DNA from: Malacoraja senta
Lineage: Eukaryota
Direction: 5' to 3'
Assembly: GCA_038087875.1 (NCBI GenBank)
Contig: CM075994.1
Location: forward strand, 2,606,001 to 2,670,000
Length of the DNA stretch: 64,000 nucleotides
Each line of letters starts with the position of its first letter. Positions within the stretch are counted from its first letter, which is position 1. Below the pieces are notes generated by a model. The model had not been told where the DNA came from, ran no database searches, and saw only the letters and a program-made list of their open reading frames with translations. A program made the translations under genes and the position numbers. Shown here piece after piece: positions 50,361 through 62,290 of the stretch.

Positions 50361-51518
50361 AAATAGAATTGTGTCATTAACTAGGACTTTGAGCTGAACA
50401 TGGCTACACCATTCCAGGCTGTGTTTTTGTATTTGTGCGATGGGCTGACAGGAAAAATGTTCTTGGAGTCAATTCCTCCCAGTGGTAGTGAGGAGTGAGA
50501 TGCAGATTATGGTTTGAGGACATCCTTGAATCTTTTCCTTTTTCCACTCAATCTCTTGCCTTGGAATAGAGTATTTTGTGTTCCAATGTCAGGCTATGAA
50601 CACTGTTGCCTGTCCAAGCCAACAAAGTTTAATTAATGCCATGAAAGTATGGCATGTTGGTGTGGGTGAGGTGGCTGACATTAGTTCACATCCTGCCAGT
50701 GCATTTAGATGCTTTTTTTCCAGAAACAGCAATGGTGGGTACCTGCCCTTTGCTTTGAGGTACTGTAGAAAGTGCAGGTGTCAGAAGTGTACAGGAAGGC
50801 AAGGCCACTTCTGTCTGGTAGACTGAATTTTGTGCTAGGTGTGAGGCCTTGATCATTAAACACACTTTCTACTGATGGCTATGCTGGTAGACTGAAGGCG
50901 ATGGCAAGTTTCATCATTGGTGTTTACTTTTGTTAAAGGATGACTCCTGAGATATGAGAAGTCACGCACATTTCCATGTGTCTCGTTGTTAGCATTAACA
51001 CCAGAGGGGTGATGTATACAAGTAGTTAACCTTAGTTTTACAGTTTTACACCCCAATGCTTTTGCTTTTGTGAACAAATCGAAATGATGTACACACATCA
51101 TCTGTATGCTGAAGCTTGACCAGCAAAATCGTTCTGGATTAAGGTGATTTGGGTTTGAAACGTTTTTGGATTATTCTATTTATTAGATTCACTCAAGACG
51201 AAAGTTTGTTAATTGAGCTGTGACATCACATTATGAAGGAACTGAGAAAATGTTGGAGGATACTAACACAGCCTTTTGACACTGAGCTGTGCTGAGATTG
51301 GGTCTTGGTCAAGATCAGGCTTTGCATGCCATTGTGTAGCAGATAAGAAAGAGATGAATTTTGCGTACAATCAAATTAGAGAGGGATATTTCAAAGATCA
51401 AAACACCTGTGGATAAAGTGTACTTTGATTTAAAAAAACTGTTTGTGATATTTCTAGAAGTATAGTTGTTATCTTATTACCTGGTCAAATTGCATTTAGT
51501 CTCCATTTTATAAATATA

Positions 51519-52275
51519 CTAGACCAAGTGGGACCCGTTGGGTCCCGTCCCCTCAACACGCGGGGGAGGGGGGGCTGTGACGTCACACACACACACTAAC
51601 TACCCCCCACACACACTAACCACCCCCCTTGATATTATATTAATATTATTCATTGGCTCCTTTAACCCCATCCCCACCCTATCCACTGACGCATAGCCCC
51701 CAACTCGCAAGTGCGTCTAGAGGGAGGGGGTAGAGAGAGGGACAGAGAGCGAGGGGCAGAGACAGAGGGAAAGAGAGAGAGAGAGGGGGGGGAGGGGGAG
51801 GGGAAGAGAGAAGAGGGAGGGGGGGAGAGGGACCCGACCAGACCAGAGACGGACCCGAGAGCTCTAGTACAGGGCCCGAATTGCTCGTTCTTCACTCGCA
51901 GCGCAGTCTTCAGCTATGATCTTTGGTCTTCACTCGACGGGCCGACTTGAATAACGGGGGAGGAGGGAGGGGTGGGGGGTGATGTCATGCGCAGGGCGAG
52001 CAGACGGCAGGCAGGCAGATCCATTGTGATGTCATCAGCGAAAAACAGGCTTTTAGATTTTAAAGTTTGATCTGATTTGTGAACATTTTCATTAATAACT
52101 CAAGAAATAAAGCATGACATTTTCAGATAAGGCGATTTCGGAATCCAGGGGGTAAATCTACCTGAATATGTAAAAAATTTACCGTTGGCGCATCGTTTTT
52201 TCGAGAAGATGTGATAACACACAAACAAATACACACACGCACATACACACACACAGAGTTTTATAGTTATAAGGA
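51519..52275 (-). mobile_element. Non-autonomous Helitron, copy 2, in a WTAP intron
   Basis: Minus strand: A|TCCTTATAACTATAAAAC... through a perfect hairpin GGGACCC-AAC-GGGTCCC + ACTTGGTCTAG|T; homologous to 9227-10220. Confidence 0.85.
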
Positions 52276-54397
52276 TATAATCATAGAATTGTATGACCCA
52301 CCTCATTCAAGGTACACAAAAATGCTGGAGAAACTCAGCGGGTGCAGCAGCATCTATGGAGCGAAGGAGATAGGCAACGTTTCGGGCCGAAACCCTTCAC
52401 CTCATTCATGCTGACCGTAAAGCCACTGATGCTAATCTTGTGCATGCATCAGGCTTGTATTCAGGCAAATGTGATTAGTGTAGATAACCATCATGGTGCT
52501 GAGGAAAGTACAATAAAAGACTTGTGAAGATAATATCAGAACCAATTTAAAATTAATGAACTAGCTTTAACATGGCAAAATATCCCAAAGCATTTTGCAA
52601 ATGGTTATCAAACAAAATTAAAACTGAACTGGAGGTATTAGTGAAAATGACCAAAAACATGGTCAGGAAGAGGTTTTGAGAACTAATTTGCAGGAATAAA
52701 AGGGAGAAGAAAGGATATGCATGAACAGGAATTAAAACTGGGTTATATTTGCAGGAGTTACAAATTGATCCATTACGGAAATTATAATGCATTTCTTTGC
52801 TCGAGTGAATAGAATGCAAACTCAGGAACTTGTACAGGTAAATTGTCTTCAAAAGAAAAAAGAGAGAGAAAACAAGTAGAGATGGTGAAAGGTTAATATG
52901 AGGTCACTAGAATGTGAAGACAATTGTAGGCAAAAGCTGAAACAAATTAGTGTAAAAATGAGTTGACAGAACGAAGAAACTTACATGTGTCTGTCTGGCA
53001 TCACTAACATGGATGTGAAGCTGAGCTAACTGGTGATCAATATTATGATGATCTGTGGTAGTTCAACATTGTGCAACTAATGTTGGAGGAAAAACTCCAA
53101 TTAAACTGCTTCATCAGCTGTATACCTCTAGCATAAAAAAGTGATTTTTTTTTTAAAAAAAACAAAAATTTAAGTTTTATCAATGAAGTCTTAGCAAGTT
53201 AAATATGTTTTAGATCTGTTATAAAACCAAATCTTTATTATGTGTGGAAATATAATTATTTAACATTTATTACTGGAATATGTGTGTGGCTTGGCAGAGT
53301 GGTTTGCCAGACAATGTATGTGGCAGCATTGGGATCACACATGGAACAAACAGGATAAGACTAGGGGTGTAGGAAAGAACTGCAGATGCTGGTTTAAATT
53401 GAAGGTAGACACAAAATGCTGGAGTAACTCAGCGGGGACAGGCAGCATCTCTGGAGAGAAGGAATGGGTGACATTTCGGGTCGAGACCCTTCTTAAGACT
53501 AGGAGTTTTGTTCCCTTCAGGACAATAGTAAAGTCAAGTTTTCATTGTGGTCCTTTGTGATCAGTTTGCCAGTTTCCCTGGAGGTTCTTTTAAAGATTGA
53601 ATTTTAACTTTTGGGCGTGAGATTTGACCTATTCATAAGTTATAGGAGCAAAATTAGGCCATTCGGCCTATCAAGTCCACTCCGCCATTCGATCATGGCT
53701 GATCTTTCATTCCCTCCCAACCCCATTCTCCCCGCCTCCCCCCCCCCACATAACTCCTGACACCCATACAAATCGATTCTCCATAATCCAGTCGGGTAAA
53801 GAATAGATAAAAATGAACTCTCCTTGAAATACACAATTATTGTCATTTTTTGGGGGGACATGGCAGGACCCTTGGGAGCTTTGATAAACAGGGGGATCTT
53901 GTGGCGCAAGTCCATCATTTTCTGTAAGTGGCAACACAAGTATACGCCTTTGCTGGTTGGAGTGTAGAGTTTAAAAGTTAGCAAGTCACGTTGTAGCTCT
54001 ATAAAAGTTCAGTTAGGTTCCATATCAAAATTTGGAGTGGCAGTTCTGGTTGGCGCATTGCAAGAAGGATATGATGGCTTTGGATAGGGTGCAAAGGAAG
54101 ATGTTGCCTGGATTACAGAGTATTAGCTATAAGGAAAGGTTGAACATACTTGGATTGGTTTCTCCAGGGTGTCGAGGACTGAGACCGATCAAAGTTTATA
54201 AATTATGAGAGGCACAGATAGATAGTCTTTTTCCCAGTGGAAATATCAAATATGAGAGGGCACATGTTTATGGTGTGAGAGGGCACATGTTTATGGTGAG
54301 AAATGGAAAGTTTAAAGAGGCAAGTTTTTCTTATACACAGAAAATGGTGGGTGCCTGGAACGTGCTGTGGTGCTCTTCCTCAAGCTTGAATTGGGCC

Positions 54398-55791
54398 TCA
54401 TTATCATCATCATCGGTGGTCACTCGAAACGAGTATGACTGTCCTCTCCTCCCCATAGGGTCATCTAATTGTGGGTCTGCAGATGTCTGTAGAGGCCAAT
54501 CCGCGATCCACACACCTTGGTGCAACGTGGGCAGTGGAGACTGGCGGTGGTTGGTAGTCGCCGAGCCCTCTTCTCTCTCTCTCCTTACGGTGCTGTCGCT
54601 TTGTCTCTGCGACACGGCGTAGTTCTATTTCGTGAAGTGCAGCAGCTTCCTGCATGGATTTCCTCCAGGAGCGCCTGTCCAGTGCAATGTGCACCCAGTT
54701 GCTTGATATGATGTGGAATTTCTTCAGGTTGTTCTTGATGTTGTCCTTGAAGTGTTTCTTTGGCCCGCCGGGTGCTCGCCAACCTTCCTTCAATTGAGAG
54801 TACAGAATTTGTTTAGGGAGATGTATGTTGGACATGCGGATGACATGGCCAGTCCATCGAAGTTGGTGCTGCATTATTGTGGTGGTGATGCTGGTCATGT
54901 TGGCTTCCTTGAACGCTGATGTTGGTGCGTTTGTCCTCCTAGCTGATCCTCAGAATCTTTCGTAAGGATCTCTGATGGTATTGTTCCAGGGCTCTCAGGT
55001 GCCTGCTGCAGGTGGTCCATGACTCGGCTCCATACAACCAGCGGAGAGGACAGCGGCTCTGTGGACCAGCAGTTTTGTTTGAGCCTTTAGGTCTCGGTCT
55101 TCAAAGACTCTTCCTGAGTCTGGCGTAGGCTCCGCTGGCACAACTCAGGCGATGGTTGACCTCAGAGTCGATGTCAGCTTTTGAGGAAAGAATGCTGCCA
55201 TGGTAGGGGAAGTGGTCAACGTTTTCACGAGTGGTGTCGTCCACTTTTATAGTGGGCTGGGTAGACAGCTGGTTGATGGAGGACCTGGGTCTTCTTGATA
55301 TTTAAGGCTAGGCCCATGGCTCTGTATGCCTTGGCAAAGTCATTCAGGATGCCCTGAAGGACTTCTGCAGAGTGTGCTGCAATTACGCAGTCGTCCGCGT
55401 ACTGAAGCTCCATGATGGCGGTGTCACTGACTTTGCTCTTGGCCTTCAACCTATTAAGGTTGAAGAGCCCACCTTCAGTTGTGTAGAGGATTGGGATCCC
55501 CTCTGGCAGCTCTTCACCATTGAGGTGAAGTATGGCAGCAATGAAGACGACAAACGGGGTAGGTGCGATGATGCATCCCTGTTTTACCCCCGTTTCCACA
55601 GTGAAGGGCTCAGACTCAGAGCTGCAGTTTCTGAGCACTGTGACCGACATGCCATCATGTAGAAGCCTCAATATTCTGATGTACTTGTCGTGACAACCTA
55701 ACCTTGATAGTATGCTCCAAAGAGCCTGGCGGTCTACCGAGTCAAAAGCCTTTGTCAGGTCTATGAAGGCCATGTACAAAGGCTGCCTTTG
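54398..55791 (-). mobile_element. 5'-truncated RTE-clade LINE
   Basis: FIDLTKAFDSV, GVKQGCIIAP, LFNLNRLKAK, LQYADD and QLRWTGHVIRM motifs; (GAT)n tail. Confidence 0.88.
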
Positions 55792-55959
55792 TATACGGCA
55801 TTATAGGACACTATGGCTGATAGGTCAAATGGTAGTGGGGTGGGATGTTCAACCTTCTTCTTAAGATGGCTGGTATTGGAAAGTTAATGCCTTTTCTTTG
55901 TCAAATGCAATAATTAAATAATGAGTATCATATTCTTAAACATGAGGGAGTTATATACC

Positions 55960-57637
55960 GTCACAAGGAAATTGGGACATATCTGCATAGTAATGAACAA
56001 ATTACAGACAAGAATGGTCAACTGCTTTCAACCCAGGAGGTGCAGCTCGACAGATGGGTAGAACATTTTGAAGAAGTCCTAAACAGGCCACCACTGGCTG
56101 TACAGCCACACATTCCCAAAGAAAGGATACCACTACAAATTAAGTGTGACAGACCAACAAAATCGGAAATAAAGGCTGCAATCAAGCAACAGAAAACTGG
56201 CACGGCTGCTGGCCCTGACAATATTCCGCCTGAAGCCCTGAAAGTTGATATAGACTCATCAATAGACATGCTCTACGGCTTTTTTGGGAGAATTTGGGAA
56301 GAGGAAAAGACACCCACAGAATGAGCAGAGGGACACATTGCGAAACTGTCAAAAAAAAAAAAGGTGACCTAAGAAAATGTGACAACTACCGAGTGATTAC
56401 CCTACTTTTTGTACCCAGTAAATTTCTCAACCGGGTCATCCTCAACCGTCTTCAGGAAGCTGTAGACAAGAGGCTACAGGACCAGCAAGCAGGATTCAGG
56501 AAGGATCGCCCTTGCACAGACCATATAGCAACATTATGCATCATCATTGAGCAGTCTATTGAATGGAACACGTCCCTGTACATGGACTTTGAGAAATAGT
56601 TTGACAGACAGGACGCCTGTGGTGCCTAATGGACCACTATGGAATTCCCACCAAGATCATAAACTTAATCAAGAACTCGTATGATGGAACCTCATGCAAA
56701 GTTATGCATACATGCCAGCTCTCTCAGAGCTTTAGTGTCAGGACGGGCGTCCAGCAGGGATGTCTATTGTCACCATTCCTGTTCCTCCTGGCAATTGACT
56801 GGATCATGATGGACACAACTGAAGGGAAAAGAAATGGAATTCAGTGGACAATGTTGGAGCAGCTATAATATCTTGACTTTGCAGATGACATAGTTCTCGT
56901 TTCACACACACACAGATACAAATACAGTAGAAGATGGACAGACTCTCACAAGCTACAATAGGACGTGGTCTTACAGCAAAGACACAGGTGATGAGGATCC
57001 ACTCCAAAACCAGCAACCCTATCCTTATGCACAGCACTGCTCCAGAGGAGGTAGAAACATTCATATACCTAAGCAGTGTTGTGGACATCACCGGAGGGGC
57101 AGAGGCAAGCATAAAAAGTAAAATCAATAAGGCCAGGGTGGTGTTTAACATGCTCAGGATGATCTGGAGCTCAAAACACATCTCAATCAACACGAAAATA
57201 CGCATCTTTAACTCAAATGTGAAACAGGTGATGCTGTATGGATCAGAGACATGGAAAACAACAAAACACTACAAACAGGCTGCAAACATTCATTAACACC
57301 TACCTTAGGAGAATACTTAACATCTGGTGGAGAGACAAAGTAAGCAATATGGACCTGTGGAAAAGAACAAGCCAGGAGCCCATTGACTTACAAATTCGAA
57401 GGAGAAAATGAAGTTGGATTGGACACAACCTCGGGAAACCTGCCACAAGCCATGAAATGGAACCCCCAAGGAAAAGAGGTCGCCCCAGGAACAGCTGGAG
57501 AAGAGGTGTCCAGACAGAAATGTATCAGAGTGAGCTCAACTGGGGAGATCTTGAAAGAACTGCCAACAACCGAGTGAGGTGGAGGAAATCTGTCAATGGC
57601 CTATGCTCCCTAGAGGAGCAAAGGGCTTAAGAAGAAG
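55960..57637 (+). mobile_element. Degenerate RTE-clade LINE (second, distinct family)
   Basis: AAGPDNIPPE, CDNYRVITLL, QQAGFRKDR, GVQQGCLLSPFLF and LYGSETW motifs with frameshifts; short (AAG)n tail. Confidence 0.85.
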
Positions 57638-57936
57638 TTAGCGTAACTAACAAAATCTGTAGAAGGGTAAAATCTTTGGGTTTACATTGATATATAACCA
57701 CAATGAAAGATTGAAATGAACAGTGATTTTTTGAGTAAGCTATATCAAAATTGACATTAATACATTCAAAATCAGCCTCAGAATTAGACATAATGTATTT
57801 AATGTAGCTAAAACAGGTTTACAAAATGTATTCTTGCCTGATAAAATCATAACATTTGAAATGAACTGACATTAAATACTATATTTTGAGCAAGCATTCG
57901 ATCATGTTTATTTGTTTGCACTCTATCTGTTAACAG

Positions 57937-58064
57937 CAAATGATGTAAGCGGATTAAGAGAGTCAGAAGAAAAACTAAAACAGCAGCAACACGAGTCAGC
58001 CCGAAGGGAGAACATCCTACTTATGAGGCTAGCTACAAAAGAACATGAAATGCAAGAGTGTACG
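57937..58064 (+). CDS. WTAP: WTAP coding exon 4: (S)NDVSGLRESEEKLKQQQHESARRENILLMRLATKEHEMQECT; gene continues beyond the window
   Basis: taacag| acceptor, ACG|gtaagt donor, 128 nt, highly conserved WTAP coiled-coil sequence. Confidence 0.96.
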
Positions 58065-58328
58065 GTAAGTATTTTCTTGTGCACGTAGATCACATTAAAA
58101 TTATTATTAGGTGTTAGTAAGGTATTTCTTGTACTGGATTCCAGCTTTTGAATAAGATTGAAAGAGAGCTGACTATATAAAGGGCATTATATAATTTTCC
58201 TTTTTAGTGCCTCGATTTATAGATCTTAAATGTTGTTACAAAGTCCTAAAACTCTTCTCCTTTAGCTCCTTATGTCTTAACATTTTTAGCATATCACAAT
58301 CCTTTTTTTGTATATTATTGGTAATATA

Positions 58329-59941
58329 CAGTGCCCTCCATAATGTTTGGGACAAAGACCCATCATTTATTTATTTGCCTCTGTACTCTGCAATTTGAGA
58401 TTTGTAATAGAACAAATTACATGTGGTTAAAGTGCACATTGTCAGATTTTAATAAAGGCCATTTTATACATTTTGGTTTCACCATGTAGAAATGACAGCA
58501 GTGTTTATACATTGTCCCCCCATTTCAGGGAACCATAATATTTTGGGACACAGCAATGTCATATAAATGAAAGTAGTTATGTTTAGTATTTAGTTGCATA
58601 ACCTTTACATGCAATGACTGCTTGAAGTCTGCGATTCATGGACATCACCAGTTTCTGGGTGTCTGCTCTGGTGATGCTCTGCCAGGCCTGTATTGCAGCC
58701 ATCTTTAGCTTATGCTTGTTTTGGGGGCTGGTCCCCTTCAGTTTTCTCTTCAGCATATAATTGGGTTCAGATCGGGTGATTGACTTGGCCACTCAAGAAT
58801 TAACCATTTTTTAGCTTTGAAAAACTCCTTTGTTGCTTTAGCAGTATGTTTGGGATCATTCTCTTGCTGTAGAATGAACTGCTGGCCAATGAGTTTTGAG
58901 GCATTTGTTTGAACTTGAGCAGATAGGATGTGTCTATACACTTCAGAATTCATTATGCTACTACCATCAGCAGTTGTATCATCAATGAAGATAAGTGAGC
59001 CAGTACCTTCAGCAGCCATACATGCCCAGGCCATAACACTCCCACCACCGTGTTTCACAGATGAGGTGGTATGCTTTGGATCTTGGGCAGTTCCTTCTCT
59101 CCATACTTTGCTCTTACCATCACTCTGAGATGTTAATCTTCATCTCATCTGTCCACAAGACCTTTTTTCAGAACTGTGGTTGCTCTTTTAAGTACTTCTT
59201 GGCAAACTGTAACCCTGCCGTCCTATTTTTGTGGCTAACCAGTGGTTTGCATCATGCAGTGTAGCCTCTCTATTTCTGTTCATGAAGTCTTCTGCAGACA
59301 GTGCAGCAGACAGTGGTCATTGACAAATCCACACCTGACTCCTGAAGAGTGTTTCTGATCTGTCGGATAGGTGTTTGGGGATTTTTCTTTATTACAGAGA
59401 GAATTATTCTGTGATCAGCTGTGGAGGTCTTCCTTGGCCTGCCAGTCCCTTTGTGATTAGTAAGCTCACCAGTGCTCTCTTCTTAATGATGCTCCAAACA
59501 GTTGATTTTGGTAAGGCTGTTTGGCTGATGTCTCTATCAGTTCTATTCTTGTTTCTCAGTCTCATAATGGCTTCTTTGACTTTCATTGGCACAACTTTGG
59601 TCCTCATGTTGATAAACAGCAATAAAAGTTTCCAAATGTGATGGAAAGACTAGGTGCTGAAAGCTCTCTTATACCTTCACGAAGGAGGCAATTAAACGCA
59701 CCTGAGCAATTACAAACACCTGTGAAGCCATGTGTCCCAAACATTATGGTCCTTGAAATGGGGGGACTATGTATAAACACAGCTGCAATTTCTACATGGT
59801 GAAACCAAAATGTTTAAAAATACCCTTTAATAAAATCTGACAATGTGCACTTTAACCACATGTGATTTTTCTATTACAGATCTCAAATTGTGAAGTACAG
59901 AGGCAAACAAATAAATGTCCCAAACATTATGGAGGGCACTG
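58329..59941 (-). mobile_element. Full-length but defective Tc1-family transposon with long IR/DR-type TIRs
   Basis: TA TSD; outer TIR CAGTGCCCTCCATAATGTTTGGGACA at both ends; inner direct repeats at ~58532 and ~59733; ~220-bp inverted arms. Confidence 0.93.
58583..59607 (-). pseudogene. Frameshifted Tc1 transposase
   Basis: KHGGGSVMAW, QQENDPKH, WPSQSPDLNPI and RRLQAVIACKGYATKY spread over several frames. Confidence 0.9.
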
Positions 59942-61212
59942 TAGAATTTGCATCACAAGATGATGCAAGCACAAGAATATGCTCCTTCAAAGTTTAGATG
60001 TTGACATTTTCTAATCAAGCAAACACAGCTCTAATGTATTCATGATGCAGGGAAGGTAAATCACTTTGTTGCTGTCTGGTAATATATGACATTTTAATGG
60101 CGGGTATGGAAGAAGTATTTTGTAACCCTACTCTAAATGCTCTTGTCAGAAGGGGATTCAATAATAATAATCTCACCTGTGAAATTTAAGTTGGTGTTAG
60201 ATTTTCCTCAGATTTGACATGATCTTTCCTTGATTCTTCAATCAGAACATTTTGAGATTTGCTTTGGTGGTCCTTGCTGATTAAACATCAGAGGGTTAGT
60301 TTTAGCTCTTAGGGCTAAAGAAATCAAGGGATATGAGAAAAAAGCAGGGACGGTGTACTGATTTTAGATGATCATATTGAATGGCAGTGCTGGCTCGAAG
60401 GGCCGAATGGCCCACTCTTACACCTATTTTTCTATGTATGTTTCTAAAACTAGAAGCAGGCAAAGGCCATTTGGCCCTGCTCCTCCACTCAACGAGAACC
60501 TGGCTGATCACCCACTTCACTCCTGTGTTGCTGCCTTTTCCTTGCATCCTGCGATGCCTTCAGGATGTAGAAATACATCTACTTTCTTCTTGAATGTATT
60601 CATTTTGTTTTGTGCAGAATTACTTTCTTTAACTTCTTCCTTCCACCGCAAAAAACAAGTTTACTTTAGAGATACAACATAGAAAGTTAATGAATTAACA
60701 GAATTTTGTTCTCTTGCTGAACTTTTACATGTAGTTACAGTGGTGAATTACAGTAGCAGTCCAATGCTCAGCTGCATTTTCATTGCTAAAACCTCTCTTC
60801 CATTCGCCTCTCCTCCCCACAATACCATGGCAGCAATGGTATCATCAATATACAGAAATAATTTGAATCAGCTGCATAATCAACATGGCTAGGTAGAACC
60901 TGGGTAGTTTATTTTAACTCGCCTCTGATCTCTAAAGCCTTTTTGCATGTATAAGGTTTAGTCAAGATGGAATAATCTCCATTTTAATGGACACGTCTTA
61001 ATGGACACATTTCAAATAACTCTTGAAGTTTGGTGCTCCTCATGTGTCTCACTTTACACTTCACTCCCTCCATCACACGCATTACAAATTATACATCTAC
61101 AAAATGTGCTGACGATTCTTCACAGTACCATCTAAACACAGAGCTTACATCCTAAGAAGAAAAAAGGCAGAAAGTCCATGAAAAATTCACATTCCACATC
61201 CTGTACTTTCTA

Positions 61213-62290
61213 TGTAGGAAGAAACATGCAGATGCTGGTTTAAACCAAAGATAGACACAAAAAGCTGGAGTAATTCAGCGGCACAGGCAGCATCTCCGGA
61301 GAGAAGGAATGGGTGACGTTCGGGTCGAGACCCCTCTTCAGACTGAAAGTCACAGGAAAGGGAAACAAGAGATATTGATGATGATGTAGAGAGATAAAGA
61401 ACAATGAATGAAAGATACGCAAAAAAGTTACTATGATAAAGGAAACAGGCTATTGTTAGCTGTTTGTTGGGTGAAAATGGGAAACTGGTGCGACTTGGGT
61501 GGGGGAGGGATAGAGAGAGAGAGAGAGAGAGGGAATGCCGGGGTTACTTGAAGTTAGATAAATCAATATTCATACCACTGGGCTGTAAGCTGCCCAAGCG
61601 AAATACCCAAGGGAAGGCACCTTAGGAGGGGGTGGTTTGGGTGGGAAGGGATGAGTTAACCATGGAGTTGCGGAGGGAACGGTCTCTGCGAGAGGCGGAA
61701 AGGGGTGGAGATGGGAAGATGTGACTAGTGTTGGGATCCTGTTGGATGTGGACTTGTACATCGGTGAGACCAGTAGACTCGCCGATCGTTTCGCTGAACA
61801 CCTTCGCTCAGTCCGCCCGAACCTGCCTGATGTCCCGGTTGCTAAACACTTTAATTCTCTTTCCTATTCCCACACTGACCTTTCTGTCCTAGGTCTCCTC
61901 CATTGTCAGAGTGAGGCTAAATTGGAGGAAAGCATCTCATATTTCGCTTGAGCAGCATCAGTGGTATGAATATCGATTTCTTAACTTCAAGTAACCCTGG
62001 AATTCCCTCTCTCTCTCTCTCTCTATCCCTCCCCCATCCAATTCGCACCAGCTTCTCGTTTTCACCCAACAAACAGCTAACAATGGCCTGTTTCCTTTAT
62101 CATCGTTACTTTTTGCATATCTTTCATTCATTGTTCTTTATCTCTCTACATCATCGTCAATATCTCTTGTTTCCCTTTACCGTGACTTTCAGTCTCAAGA
62201 AGGGTCTCGACTCGAAACGTCACCCATTCCTTCTCTAGAGATGCTGCCAGTCCCGTCGAGTTACTCCAGCTTTTTGTGTCTATCTCCTGT
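61213..62290 (+). mobile_element. Penelope-like element remnant with an inverted 5' terminal-repeat copy
   Basis: YIGETSRLADRFAEHLRSV...VAKHFN (GIY-YIG endonuclease) at ~61757-61860; 61252-61590 is a high-identity reverse complement of ~61955-62285. Confidence 0.85.
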
